A stretch of 64,000 bases of DNA, taken from contig NC_068983.1 of assembly GCF_001194135.2 (NCBI RefSeq), positions 99,630,105-99,694,104 on the forward strand. Reading direction: 5' to 3'. The notes beneath the pieces were generated by a model. It saw nothing but the letters and a program-made list of their open reading frames with translations. It made no database searches and had not been told where the DNA came from. The stretch is from Octopus bimaculoides (Eukaryota). Positions within the stretch are counted from its first letter, which is position 1, and every line of letters begins with the position of its first letter. The translations under genes and the position numbers were made by a program. Positions 25,912 to 41,121 of the stretch are shown piece by piece.

Positions 25912-27449
25912 ATGTGCTGAGCTCAATTAGATGCATCTCTCTCTCAAATGTGTGGTCATGTATCAATATACGAAATCATAATTATCTTAAAGTACTGGAT
26001 GGCAGATTTTGTAAATTACTAAGAAAATGCTGTGTTATATAATTATGTGTGTCCTTTTATATTCTGAGCTCAAATCTGTTAGGATCAACATTGGTTGGCA
26101 AATATATAGCAATGTAATGTAGAGTAACTATTTTCCTACACCAACCAATGTACAACCTTGTACAGTTACTTAGTGAAGCTTTCATCACTACTTCGGCAAG
26201 CATGGTGAAAACTAATACTGTGTTGATGAAGTATATGACCAAAACATGTACTTCAAAATAATATTAGCCATTAACTAATATTTTTTCCTCACTGCATAAT
26301 TATTTTTAGTTAATACTAACTAGTTTCATTAAACATGTTAACACCAACATAATTATTGTTTTCATGTCTATGCAGTGTTGCTTTCAACTGTAAGTTTTTG
26401 ATGTAGACTATTTCTCTCTAAACCCGACATCTTCCTTCTTACACTGAATTACCATTCTTCTTAAACAAGGAACCATTAATTATATGTCCAAGTCCTTTTT
26501 GATAGATCATAGATTGGTCTCATATAATTGAACTAAGATTTCTATTATCAAATACTTTTCTCAGACACACTCAAGCTCTCCTTCAATTAACATTATAGAT
26601 CTAGCTAAAATACCTCACATCTCTTTAGACTGAGTTCTTCCATACTATATTGCTATATCTAGATTACAACAGAAATAGAAATTATCTCTTATTACAATAT
26701 CACTGGTTCTACTGTTGAGAATGGTTAAGCCAGTTATGTAATAGAAATCATACCTCTCATAACCTTTAGCTATAAGGGATATTCAATAGTAACCATAACT
26801 CTACCATTTAAAAGCTATGTATTCTTCTCTGCTCTTCTTTTTCTGAAGAAAATTGCAAATGGGGATTAACATTTTTATTTGACAATCTTCTTTAGTAAGC
26901 ATTTTCATTTACAATAATTTCACTATGGCTACTTTATATAAATAATAGAGCCTATTTACAATGAATCTATTGTTTTTAGAACTCTTTAAACTCTGATCAG
27001 ATTTGAACTCAGAATGTAAAATGACAAATATAATCGTATGTCATATATCATATGGCATTTTCTTAGTAATTTACCAAATCTGCCACCCAGTACTTTACTG
27101 ATCACATATTTTACAAATATTAAAGGGGTGAAATAAATTTTAGGATTTTTACATATCTGTCTGACTACTAAGTTGTATCAGTTATCAACACTAACACATA
27201 CCCTGCTCATGTGTCTGTGTGTATTATATGTCAAAAGCATGACTGGGAAGACAGTTAGACCATCAAGTATAGTGGTTGAGATGGTGAAAACATTTGACAT
27301 AGTAGGTCACAAGCTAGTTATTCATGTAGTCAATCAGGTAATACATCGGCAATTGCTTCACGGGCAAAGGAGATCCACAAGAGAGAGAGAGAGAGTGGTA
27401 ACTACAAAGACCTCACACTGATGGGCCAGATTATGAAAGTTACTGAAAG

Positions 27450-29220
27450 AGTGATAGCACACCTGATTCCAAACAGATTTAGTCGAGAAGAGATGCAGTT
27501 CAGCCTTGTGATGAAAAAAAGAGGAGCTACCAATGCTCTCTTCTAGAAAGATAACTGCAAGAGGAGTGTTTAATTAGGAGTAAACCACCCGACCTGATAT
27601 TCGTCAGCTTGAAAACAGCATTTGATGGAGTTCTACATTCAGTTATTTGGTAGTCACAAAGGAAATTAGGAGTAGTTAGATGGCTTATGAGAGTTGTGCA
27701 AGCTATGTAGAGAGATATTCTCAGTAGAGAGAAAATTAATGACTTAATTTAGTGTGCACTTAAGTGTCTAAAAGGAATCAGTTCTCAAGTGCTTCTTGTT
27801 TATTTAGTCCTATAAACGAGGGGGCTAGATAACTGAGAGAATGACGAGTGTAGGCAACATAACCACTTTGTTCAATATAATACAGTGAATACACAAAAAA
27901 TAAAGACTACCAACATATTTATTTACCAAAAAGTTATCAAAGAAGGCAACGTTAGCAATAAGATAGTTATATTAAACCCAGTGTGCAAATATCTGAATCT
28001 CACAAACTAAACCGCAAAAAGGGTTAGTGAAATTTGTGAAACTGGTGTTTAGCTTTGAAATTGCTGCATCCAACGAAGAGAATTGCTTTCAAATGTTCAT
28101 TGGTCAACTTCATTCAATGTGCTGACTTCATATACTTCATTATTGAAAACGTTTGCTCAGAGACATAAGTTGTTCCAAATACTGGTGCCATACTAGAGGC
28201 AAATGAACTCTCATTGCAGGTACTTACACAAAAGGTACAGTGTGGCGACAGGCCGGGTGAACTGACCTCGCAGGCCAGATCCAGCCCATGGGCCATAATT
28301 TGGTAAGCCCTGCTATAAGCCATAACAGAAGAATTTATGATCAACTACTCATAGGAGTATGCTGATGACAGTTTTAAAGACTTAGAGAAGTTTTCAACAC
28401 AGAGGCAAAACTTAGAATCAAGAGGCCTCAAGTAAATGAAGAAAGAAAGAAAGTTTTAATATGAAGTAAAGAAAGCAGGATACTATTGCCATCAAGAAAA
28501 TAGCTCTGCTTGATATTTAGAAAAGATGTGGGTAGGAATTCCATACAGTATGCCCAGTATAAACTATGATCAGACAAAGTATTGTGGGATCACAAGCAGG
28601 CTGAAAGAGAATGTAGTTTTGTATGCAACAGATGCACTAGATCAGCCAATAGCAAGAGTACATGTGAAATAGATTCTTTCAAATGCCCAGAAGGCTCTCA
28701 AGAAATAGTTGATAGCTTTCTTTATTCAGGTCACCTAATTAGCTATGGAAGTGTGTGTGTGTTAATTAGCCTAATTAGCAATGGAGGTGAAAGCAAAGTA
28801 ACTAGAGTAAGAACAAAATGGAAAACATTCAGAGAGTTATTATCTCTGCATCAATAAAGAGTTCCACCACAAAGGGAAAAAACAGATTGTATGATGCTTG
28901 TGTATGAGGCAGGATGCTGCATGGTAGCGAGACATGGTCTTTGAATACACATGATTTGTGAAGGCTAGAAAGAAATGAGGTAAGTATGATCTGATGGATG
29001 TGTAATGTTAGGGTGTAAAGTTGGATATAAGAGGAAGCAGAAGTAGTATACAAGTGAGTGACTGTGTTGGAACAGACATGTCATGTGTATGGAGGATGTC
29101 AGTTGTATAAAGAAGTGTTGAGTATTCAGAATGGTTGAAATTCATGAAAGAGGGAACAAAATGGTAAAGGTTGATCTCAGGGGGCTGAGACTCACTAAGG
29201 AGACAACAAGAAACCATAAG
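27450..29220 (+). mobile_element. Decayed RTE LINE interrupted by a hAT element
   Basis: About 27490-27700: EMQF...GATNALF..R.LQEECL...FV.LKTAFD. About 28580-29200: FVCNRC, VDSFLY.G, WKTFRELL, RLYDACV...HGSETW. Confidence 0.75.
27818..28312 (-). mobile_element. Non-autonomous hAT (Buster/Charlie-like) element
   Basis: Terminus revcomp CAGGGCTTACCAAATTATGGCCCATGGGCTGGATCTGGCC; transposase C-terminal trace MAPVFGTTYVSEQTFSIMKYMKS; flanks CTATAAAC (27810-17) and CTATAAGC (28313-20). Confidence 0.7.
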
Positions 29221-32200
29221 TGGTAATATGCTATTATGGAGAAAACTCACCTAACCCATGCAAGCACAGTAAAACAGATGTAATAATGGTAGTGAGGTTG
29301 AGATACATAATATCTACATTTATGTCTCTATCACCCATTATGTTCATGTTAAGTCTTCATCTATTGCTCTACTTATGTCTTTGTTACAATCTCATCTATC
29401 ACCTTCTCTCCTACTGTTGCATAACAAGAGATGGCATTGCATCTTCATTGCAAGTCATCATCACACTCACTTTTTTTCCTTTAGTCTCTCCCCTACCATT
29501 ACTTCACTCCAATCACTGTTTCTGCCATCATATCCTCTTATATTACCATCGTCTCATCTTGGATCTCTTTTTCACTGCTGTTCTATTCACTGACTAAGTC
29601 ATGTTTCCTTGAATGAGAAGAGACAACGTATGATAGAAAGGAATCTTTAATCTAGGCAGGGACCAGGCAACCTCATTCATGATGGTGCCATGATAAAATG
29701 CATCCAGTAGTTGATGTTAAAAAGAGTATCCAGCCACAGAAACTATGCCAAAAATAATATGTATGAGTGATGTAGGGTTCCTGACCAATAGGAGGACAAT
29801 AACTTCAAATGGGAATTGACTTTGATTGTGATGACCCCCATCAACCCATATCAGCATGGAAAAACAGATGTGAAATAACGATGGTTATGATAGTCATATG
29901 ATAGTCACTTAAACCTCTTTTTATTTTTCATTTTTACAATCTTTACAGAATCAAGATTCTGATTTGATCAGTTTACACACGTTGATCACAAATTTTGTAG
30001 AACTTCACCAAGTTTTGAAGTACATAACAGTATTCATATTAGCCATTTTCATCATCAAATACAATTATGTCATTAATGTAACCAATATGCTGTAACTTAA
30101 AATTCAAATTTGTTTTTAATTCATAGCAATAAAACCCAGTGAAACATAGTAAAAATATTTAAAATTTAACATCAAAAAGATAAAATCTCTTGTGACATAA
30201 ACAAATAGTTCATCCTTTCTTTTGACATATTCCCTTAATTTTTCTATAATTTAGTAAAAAATTAATTTGATATGAAACTGGTGTATGTGAACAGTTAGCA
30301 TGAAATATCTGAATTTTAAGATATATAACTTAGCTTATCTATAAGTAATAGTTTTAAACATATCTTTTCTTCATTATTTTATGTTTTAGAAAGGAGTGTT
30401 TAATCAAGAAACAAATGAAGACTTACTGATAACTAATTATCTATCACAATCTGTTACAAAAGATTAGAATCTATTGTCAGAACAGCTTCGACAGTTTATC
30501 AATGATGTCATGGAAACGGTGAATACATCTGTCAAGACAAAACTTTCAGCTTTACTGATTACGTTAATAGGTCTTTAAAATAAAACAAGTTAGTAGCTCA
30601 GTGATAAAAGAGTGGCAGAGTTGGCATAGCAATTTTACAGCAAACATTTGCCACTACCAATCTTGAAATGTCCTGCCAGGTATCTATATTCTCTACTAAA
30701 GAGAATGTCTTCATATATGAATCTAACAAATTCGTAAGTTTTAACAACTGCAAACTACATACTGTACTTTTGTTAGGAGCAGAAAGAATAAGAGAAAAAA
30801 TAAAAAGTGCAGTTTTATTGAACAGTTTCAAAGCCCAAGAAATCCATTCACTATATGTCCATGTATTGACAAGATAACCAAAGAAAAATGTTTCTCCCTC
30901 TTCAGCTTTAAAAGATATTTCTTAGAGAAGCATATTTATGACAGTGCATTATCTTCAATTACGAATATTCAATATATCAGAAAACATCATTTATGTGATA
31001 AACCGTACTTCTAAGAATCTTAAAACAGGAGTCTCTACTTTTTCCTTAATTCTCTTTTAACAAAATCCTCTATTCCCTTTAATGTCATGCTAACTTCTAC
31101 AAGATTGCTACACCTATTTTTCTGCTGTCTGCCACTTTTAGTATGCAACACTTGAGATTTCTATTTATACTTCAGTATTTCTTAAAAAGCAGTTCAAAGA
31201 TAACAGTACTTCTCATGTCCCCACTAAGGACTGGACTGCTCTTTCTCTTTAAATTAACATACCCAACATTAAAACATGCAACAGAAAGTATTCAAACTAT
31301 GAAATCCATGACACTGTACTTAAATTTAATTCTGTTAAAAATTGTCTGTGATTACTCTTATTTTTGAATAACAGACAATGTAATACAACTTCAAATAAAC
31401 ATTTTCCCCCTTAAAACTTTGCTTTCTATTAACACACATTGAAGAATCAAACATTATCATATAGTATCAATCTTGTCTCTGCTAATATGGGCCAGTCTGT
31501 ATGTTACTGGCATGAAATATTATTTATAAATCAATACTAATCAGTCAACTGTAAGGTGGGTGTAGCATATTTTCCCAGTTACTGAAAGCAAGTCAAATAT
31601 TTTGTTTTGCAGAAAGAGACAACACAGGACTAGTGAGCCAGTTTTGTGAATTTGAATCAACAAGATAGTTGAATTCATTTCAATTTATTACTGACACTCA
31701 TTTTTATCAATCCAGAAAAAAAGTAAAAAAACAGCCACCTTAATAAGATCAAGATCTTAACTCAAAATAATGGGGTACCAAAATAATCTTTTCTACTATA
31801 GGCATAAGGCCTGAAATTTTGCTGAAGAGGGTTAGTTGATTATATTGTCTGACTGCAGTGCTCAACTGGTACATATTTCATCAACCCTGAAAGGATGAAA
31901 GACAAAGTTGACCTTGGTGGCATCTGAACTCAGAACATAGAGGCAGACAAAATGCCACTAAGCATTTTGCCCAGCATGTTAACGACTCTGCCAGATTGTC
32001 ACCTTAGTGTACCAAAAGAATAATAGCAACATATTTTATCTGAGATTTACAACAACAATCATCTCCAAAGTACTATGAAATTTAATATACCACAGGCCAG
32101 AACTATGGATGGAGTAAAGTTCCAGCCAAAAAGAAGAGGATGCAGTAGTGAGATGGTACTGTAGTTAGAGCCATAAAAGCTAAGACATAGGCCTCAAAAT

Positions 32201-33149
32201 AGCAGAAAGTAATGAGAAAGGAACAATATCAGGTAGCTAAAAGAGAAGGCAGACATCAGATATTTTTATCAAGGGGAACCAGAAAAGAAGCAGATGCCAA
32301 ACTAATGGACCAAGTCATGAAAGTAACAGAAAGAATTACAGTACAACTAATTAGAAAGAAAATTAGTTCTGTGCCAGAAAATTTGCTTAGATGAGATAGT
32401 TGGGTTTGTGCCACTTAGCAAGACAACTTCAGACAAAATTATGATGATCATCATGAAACTTCACTAAAACAATGCCATAAAGCTAATCATTCTTCCAAGA
32501 GAAAACTACATGTTATTTGTTCAACTAATTTAATCAAACACCAAAATATTAAAAGGATTGAAAACTAGGCTAAACTAGAATGCTATTAAGGGTCTCTTCT
32601 GCTAAACCAATAAGTTACAGGTATATTAGCAACCAACACTAGTTGCCAAGTGGTGAGGGGGGACAAACACAAACACACACACACACACACACACACACAT
32701 GATAGTCTTCCCCAGTTTATGTCTACCAAATTCACTCACAAGGAATTGGTTGGCCCAAGAAGGTTGTGCAGTTGAACCAAACTCAAAACCACAAGGCAGC
32801 CAATAGAATTTTAACTACACAGCCATAAATTTGAGGGGACTTTTTTGTTTTTTTTGTTTTTTTTACACTTAAAGAAGACTGCAGCAAGTATATTTAATCA
32901 CAAAATACCAAATGATATTAGTCATTATAAGTATCTTACTAAATTTATCTAAGTAACACTGTAGTCATGTGTTCAAACAAGTTTTATTCAGCCGCATGGC
33001 CAAATTTCAACATTGAACTGATAGCAACTTTAGTCTCAATCAGTATGTAAAACACACACAACATTATAAGCATTTTAATGACATCACATCTCCTGGAAAC
33101 AAATTATCATAATTCCTTTTGTTATTTGAGAACTGCATTTTAATGACAT

Positions 33150-35860
33150 TTGCAAGGTTTGTTCCTGTATCAGTTTTCAGATCACACACTTTATTAAGAG
33201 TGATTCTGCAAATGTTCACCATTAATATTTCTGTCGTTGTTTATTTGATCTTCATGAACCTTTTAGAATCAGAGCCTGCTTGTGGTTTGTCAGGTCTTTT
33301 ACATCAATGTCAAACAGAAGATGTAGTTTTATCAGGCACTGTTACTAACAATCATATTTGTGTACCCTTAAAGCAGATGAACTAAGAAGTCATCCTAAGT
33401 AAAGGATTGTCCAAAAACTCAAAAATGCATTAACAGAATTTGGTAAATACTCTTAAATCTATCTTAATACTTACAACCATTCTTTCAGCAATTCTGTTTG
33501 ATTCTGGATGATATGGGGATATGTTTATAGTTTTATATTTGAACTTATTAAGCTTGGTACATAAGCCATTATCATGAAATTCACAGCTATTATCAGACAC
33601 TAACATTTCTGGAATCCTATTTCAGGAAAACTAATTCTGTGTCTTAATTCTTCACTCTTAATACTTCTGGCCACCCAAAATGTGCATCAATGAATAATAG
33701 GAACAGGCCTAGATTCTTGAAATAAGCATGATTTATATGTAGACATATCTAAACTTTCACTTTCTTTAAATCATGCTAAAGTGACTCTTGTTTTATTTTA
33801 GTATACATTGGGCTTTTTCTTACATATTATTCACATCTTCATAATAACCTGGCTACAAACTTCTAATTTCAATCAATTCCTTGTGGCCATTGAACAAAAG
33901 TGTACATCATGCACAGATTTTATTATTAATGTTGTCAAACAGATCAGTGGGACAATTCATTCTCCATAACACAGGATACCATCTTCAACTATTAACTTAC
34001 TTTTGAATTACTCAAATGACTTTTCAGCAACAGAACAATTGCTCCAATTATTATTAAAAATTCTTTTTAATACACCAGATAAAATACTAGCACTGGCCAT
34101 CTCCAACTTTATACTTTTACATTTCATAGCATCAATTTAGACACGATAAATGAAGAAAAAACATCATGGTCCCTTTCACCTTATGGTTTTTCAGATCTCT
34201 TACATAATTAATTTCATAATTAAATGCTATCCATTTGTAAGGCTCATCTTAAAAGATGTGCAGGTGTGACTTTAGGTAAACCATAATTTTTGCTAAAAAT
34301 AAATTCTGATGCTTATGATCTGAAACCAAATTTGAATTTCAACCCAAGCAGAAAATGCTGTACACTGACTATGCCTTACAATTGCTGCCAAGGCTTCCCT
34401 TTCAATATCTGAGCGTCTTGTTTCAGCTGTGGTTTATACTCTTGACAAATATAGTACAGGACGAGCATCATGTGAAAGTATTCCTGGTACAGCCTTATCA
34501 TTTGCATCAGTTGAAGCAATATTTTTTGTGACATCAAAAATCTGAACAACTAGCTTTAATACTAACCATCAATTTTGCAGTCGGATAATCTAAGAAAATG
34601 GAACACTAAGTTTACAAAATAATATAAAATCTGAGTAATAGTTAATATATTTCCCACAAAAATGGCAAATCCAACAAAAGATTCTAATTGCTTCTTATTC
34701 TTTGACAATTTTATATCCATGACTCTCACTGCTAAACAATAATCTGGTGATATACCTTCCTTTGACAGTCAATGTCCCAAAATAGACACTACATCAATCT
34801 CATACATACATTTAGCTCAATTTATTACCATACCTGATACTTCCAACCTTTTTATGATCTTATTTACCTTACTTTCAACAGTTTTAACACACCTCACTTT
34901 AATGAATAAGGTTATCAATGATTATTGGAAATAATATTTTCAATCTGAAAACAACACTGGTTGTTTTAATTCTATATAGTAGTCATGTTTTTCCTAAATG
35001 ACTTATTGGTGTATTTGTTGGTGTAACTTCTCTTACTCCAGAACAAATTTCTATCTGATTATAAGTTCCTTCAAATACAACTGAGCAAAATAATTCATGC
35101 CAGAAAGAGAATGAAATGTTGATAGGGCATTTGGAGAAGAATCTGAATGAAATGTTTCATTTGTACCTACTTTATAGTCTCCTCATATTCTAAGATTTCA
35201 ATTAACTTTTCTCATGATCATGAAAAGAGAGGTCCATTTACTCCTTGCAGAAGGAACATTTTCTAAAAGACTTTCATTAATTAGTTTCCTCAGCTTTGTT
35301 AGGACTAATGGCTTCATGCAAATTAGCAATGATCTTTCTTCAAAAATAACATGGCCTGATATTTCCTCTGCTAAAAAAATTAGCATAAAAACCTTCTTAA
35401 TCTACCAAATTATCCTGGAATTTCAATCTTATGAATTAATGTTAAATCATCAGCATTCATTTCATCTATACTGAGCAAAAATGGTTTTTCTTACATTCAG
35501 CAACAATGACACTTTCCAACTTCCCCAAAATTTCAGTGATCCATCAAATTGTTTTGATTTGAGATCTCTGCCTTAATTTTGGTCTCTTCAAATCTGACCA
35601 GGTCTCTGATATTATATTTCCTTGACTGACAGTGTCAACTTGTAACTTTGTTGACATTATTGAGTTTCATTAATCATTATAGTATTTTTTAGACGATGTC
35701 ATAGTTACAGAATCCTCATTTTAAATTTCAATTTCCTCAAAGTTCTTTGTAGATTTACATGCTGCCTGAAAGTGGTTCTTTTTACACTTCATACATTTTG
35801 GGTTTTTCTATCAAAAGCAACATTTAGAATTAGACTTAAACTCATTTCTTTCAACATGTG
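33150..35860 (-). mobile_element. Decayed Ty3/Gypsy LTR retrotransposon gag-pol
   Basis: Ordered motifs across stops and frameshifts: zinc knuckle CMKCKKNHFQAAC; protease LQVDTVS; RT SKWTS...RI*GDYK...YFAQLYLK..YNQI; RNase H TAETRRSDIEREALA...SDHK; integrase LHINHAY...LVSDN...SPYHPESNRIAERMV. Confidence 0.88.
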
Positions 35861-36529
35861 ACAGTAATACCAAGGTATCAATCTTACTTTGTTTACAGTA
35901 GAGGAAATTATAGAGGAATCAAACTGATGAATGAGGTCATGAATGTTACAAGAGCTGTGGTTCAATTAAGTACAGAAAGAGTACACCTTTTCTCTCTCAA
36001 ATTAAAACAACTGGATTTCAAATTAAGATAAATTTTAGATAAAACAACTGAATTATGATTTAAATCATATATATGAACCCATCAGGTTGAATTTTTAATT
36101 GAAACAAATGAATATCAATTTAAAATATATGCAATTCATACTAAAATAACTAAAATGAGGTTAAAAAAAATTAAAAGCATATTACAAATTGAATCAAGAT
36201 TTTCTACAAGAATTTTGTATGAGAGATGCAGGGACAATCTCAGACAGGTTGATAATGCTTTCTTTATCTGTCACAGTGGTAGGGATTCATTATTTCATAC
36301 CCAAGTAAAAATTGATATGTAATTATTATGCATAAAATCAGTTTTAAGTCTTTGGAGAGGGAAAAAAAGAGAAAAACAGTAATTTGTGTTTATGAGATTC
36401 AATGGCAAAATATATGCAGCATAGGCATATGTGTATACAGATGTATCAACACATCTTCATTTTGTGATTAGTGCTGAATTGACTAAAAGAGTATAACCAA
36501 CTAGTCTTAACTGTTACAGAGTGTATAAG

Positions 36530-36720
36530 AAAGAAAACTACACCGATATGTGATGCATATGGATGAGGACAGCTGTTTGAAGCGGTACTGATCACTTAAG
36601 CTGGACAGAGCCTGTGGATGAGGAGATCTAAGAAGAGATAGGGCAAACTGATCTCAACACTCTGAACCTTATAGAGAAGATGACAAAGATATGTGGTACT
36701 CAAGAAGACCTGTCCATTTC
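36530..36720 (+). mobile_element. RTE LINE ORF2 C-terminal fragment
   Basis: VMHMDEDSC...G..KK......DL..LNL...M...LKKT. Confidence 0.55.
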
Positions 36721-39700
36721 AGTGAAACTGAGATCCTGGAAATACAATGTATACAGCTGCATTCCTTGCCAATTTCCTCCTCAAGTCTTCCCTTCCATCC
36801 AACATCTCTCTATCAGTGAAGCCCCCACCATTAACTTTGTAACTGCAATATTCTGCTGTTGTAATTAAATGAGAGTAGAACTGCTTATTATATCTTCCTT
36901 CACTCTCTCATGCACCCTACATATCAGCTCCCTCTCTCTCATCCTACCCCTGTGTACTATATTATTACTATTCTGCTACTTTTACCCACTTTTGTGTACT
37001 GTCGGTCATCACCTAGCCTACCCTATCTCACATGAGTCACCCCTCCACTTTTGTCCACTATGCAACACATCCACCCCTCAATCTTACCCAATCTCTAGTC
37101 ATCACCTACTTTTCCCCACCTTCCCAGCAACCACTTTCCAACTCTTGTTCAACATTACGTTCTCTCCTTCATCCATTCCCATCACTCCCTGTTCTGTGCC
37201 CACTGACCTCTATTCCTTTTCTTGTCCCTCAGGGTCCACCCTGACACTTCATCACTATTTTATCTTAGCTCTCTTTCCAGCTCCTTCCCACTTAATTCCA
37301 GCCTCTCTTCTATAATGTGAGTAGCCAAGCAGCTCCCCTACATCAAAAATCCAATTCTGTTCTTGCCCCTTCTTTCTTACTTTAACCACTCATCTAGTAT
37401 AAAGCTGCCTTCCCCATTTCATCAAAAGTGATCATAGTTTGGGACCTGCATGGTGATCTCACTAGCACTGGTATCACGAAAGAAGCACCCAGTACACACT
37501 ATAAAATGGTTGGCATTAGGAAGGAAATAGAGTTGTAGAAACCAAAGCAATGCAGACATTGGAGCACGATGTAGTCCTCAGACCCATTGGATTCTGTTGA
37601 ACTGTTCAACCATGCTAGCATAGAAGACGACATTAAAAGATGATGATCCTTCACATTCAGAAGTTTTACTCAACTGAATAAAAAAGTTTCAATATTAAGC
37701 AAGTAATACAATTCTATATTTCTGAGATGATGAATTTATATTATGTATACTGTTTATATTAGTCAGACTGGTGTCCTCATCTTGATTGTTGCTTTCACTA
37801 CATTTTGGCTGTTGTACGCTCTAGCTTCCTTCAAGTGTCTTGTGTTGAACTCGGTTATTGTATCGGAATTTCAAACCTAACCCTTTATTTCATCTACTAT
37901 GCGTAATAGATAAAGAGATTGGTTAATGCAGTGCAGTCACTTACAGGTTCTGAATTCAATCCCAGGCAAGACATTAAGGTAATTCACATAATACAACTGA
38001 AGCAAAAAAATGTCACAAAACCCACCCAAAGAAGGTTGAAACATACAATAGACAAAATGAAGTGAAAGCAACAATGAAAATGAGGACACCAGCTTGACTA
38101 ATATAAACGGTAAAACATAATTGAGCAGGTAGTCACCTTAGTTAGATTTTTGATCAACATGTAAAAGAACCGCTACAATGAAAGCAGTATTTCTTTTCTA
38201 TCTCAAACTGATGCGTATAAAGCCTTTACTTACATAAACTCTCGGCAGACAATTTATCAGTTGTTAAATAAAATATTCATACAAATTTCTTAATGTTCAG
38301 TTAATATACAGAGAACTAAAAAATATGGCAATGGGAATGGTTAAGGAGGTAGTGTACATGAAATGTGTAGAGAGAGTGAAATGAAGCACACTGGCAAGCT
38401 TGTTCACTAGAAAAAGAAACATGTTCTGTGAAGTAAATTGCTGAAAACACTGGACGAAAGTCTAGCTAAATTGTAGAATATTACACGTTAAGTTATTTGT
38501 AGACAACCAGACATTGAAATCTTGAAATTCTGTTAGAAGACAAAGAAATGGAATTCTATGTCTGAAACATTAATGAAGACCACTATAAATATATATCACA
38601 AGGTTACGAGTCATGTGAATAGGTATACATAATGACTATTTCATTATGTATGGTGTATGTAACAATTACAGAACAAAATTCAAATAAATTTTCTTCCAAT
38701 AAGAGTTGTCACTGGAGAATCCAATGTAACTTCTTAAGATATCCAACTGATTGTGCATATGGTGAATTTATTGCATGAAGAACAGAATGAGAATATCTAA
38801 GTATAAAGCTGAAACAAATAGAGACTTTAATTTGAGCTTTCTTAAAGGTATAAATTGATAGTAAAGTAGGGTTTAAAAGAGTTAGCAGAAAGCCAATAGC
38901 AAAGAGTATAATAATGCCTTACAAAAATTAGCTAACTGAAGGAAGCCACACATATAACAATGGGTTAAGATTTTTATTGTAAACTAAAGACAAGGAGAAA
39001 AAAGGAAAAATGCATTGCATTAAGAACTTCCCAATTTGTCCTAATTGGAAAAAGTGTAACTGTTACTAAAAGGAGATAAATTGGAACTTAGTGTGTTTTG
39101 AGAGAGCAGGATGGAGGATGAGATTACTGAACCCTTTTAAGTTACAATAAGGATTAAGATAGTTAATTTTAGCCTTAAAAATATATACAAATTTAATAAT
39201 AAAATCAATATATAATTTATGATGTGAAAGCAGCTATGAAGACTTGGTTTTACTTGACCTGTGTCCAAATATAAATAACGTTTATTCAGTAACCAAATCA
39301 ATCGAATGTTTTGTTTTTGTTTTACTGTAAATGCAGCAAATCCCTTAAATATAGCTACCATTCTAAAGTTTTGAAATGTCAAGTTCTCAAGATCTAACAT
39401 CAACATGACCATCAGAAAACACATTTTGCATAATGCCAACAAATTTATTCAGTCCACTAACCTCTAACAAGAATAATAGATATATTCTCATCCCTCTTAA
39501 CATCAACGGTCAAATTATTTACCAATAAGTTGTCGGAAATCCCACCAAACCTATTCAACGAAAATCGATAATCTAGACAATAGCATCCTAGTAAAATAAA
39601 TCAATCTATTGAAAAGATAGTTCATCTATTGAAAATATAGCTCATTACACATTAGAGATTAAGGCCTAAAAATAAGCTCAGTTCTTTTTTCTCTTTTTTT

Positions 39701-40304
39701 TTTCTGGGTTTGTCGGATGAAATATTAGCGAAACTACTAAGAAAAAAAAAACGTATTTGTTACTATTCTCTTTAGAAAATTTTTTTCATGTCTTAGAAAA
39801 GTATACAATAGTCATAGAATTTTTTTTAAATGTTAAAAAGAAATAATGCAAAGGTACATGGACAATGCAATTTTTAGGAGAGTCTCATGGGGTAATGTCC
39901 GATCTGCATAAATGACAAATTATTGTCCCTTTTATGTACTTGCAGTATTCTTCCAGTTGATTTTCCTTTCATTTTCAGCTTTCTGTATTGTTGATTGCTT
40001 GCCAACGCCTAGGTTTATCGTGAACACCTGTTCAATTCACGACTCATTCACAACAAAGGGACACGTATAGCCTAAAATAAAGGAAAGGCCGACACAGCGT
40101 ATACGAGCGACTGGCAAAATAATAGAGAAGTACATTTCCTTAATGCGTTTATATTTTTAATTAAACATCTTCAGCAAATGTCAAATCTTGATGCTCCCTT
40201 TTGTACTAATAGCTAAAATATTCATGTATATTTCAAATTTATAAAAACAATTCAGAATTAAAAGAATGTGTTAAAAAAAGGTGGTTTTCCTGATGAAAGT
40301 AGAA

Positions 40305-40337
<33 letters not shown>

Positions 40338-41070
40338 CGGCTAGTATAGAGAACAAAAAGTGGACAGTATACGATAAATATGAATTTGTTCTCTATCTAC
40401 CCGTTTATTGCTTGAAGCTTACAAACTTCCTACACTCGGATCCCTGGATCATATTTACACGTGTGTGTGTGTGTGTGTAAAGCGTGTACCGAGAAAAGTT
40501 TTCAGCTATTTCAACAGAGAAAAATTTAAAGTGCATGAGGGAGATACAACAAGCAGAAATACGCATGCGTGTTCTTGCTTTTATTTACAGCAGGTTTTCT
40601 GCTGGTGAACACACGAGATGTGCGTGCGTATAGAATGGTGTGCGTTCGTTGTATGTAAATATGCGTGCGAACATATGTGGCGTCACAATTGAGATGGGAA
40701 AACAAAATAAAAGATGAGGAAAATCCTAAGCTAGAGTACTGTTTTTGTGAGTATGCTCATAAGATCTTGTCGCATATGATGCTTTAATTTGTAGCAATTA
40801 CGAAAGAAATGTCAATAAATATTTTAAATAGTTTAGTTCAAAAATGCAATTAAAGGAAAGCTTTGGAGATAAGATATAAACTAAGGAGATGTATGTTATA
40901 TAACTCGTGTGTTTTTAAAATAGAATCTAACCAAAAGAACATCTCAGCGACGTTAGATTTAGTATAGAAATTATTTTGACCGTATATGCCGATTAAAGAT
41001 TATCCTTGGTTTAATTATGAACATTTCAAGTTTCTCCTTGAATATTTTTCTTAATGTACAGATCGATCTA

Positions 41071-41121
<51 letters not shown>

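Noticed and set aside
33150-35860. Idea that in-frame stops are rescued by cephalopod RNA editing
   Set aside because: There are many stops of all three types plus frameshifts and substituted catalytic residues, which fits ordinary neutral decay.
39940-39972. Alternative LPCAT first exon MKGKSTGRILQ (phase 0)
   Set aside because: The donor CAA|GTACAT is weak and the peptide similarity is no better than chance; kept only as part of the CpG-zone finding.
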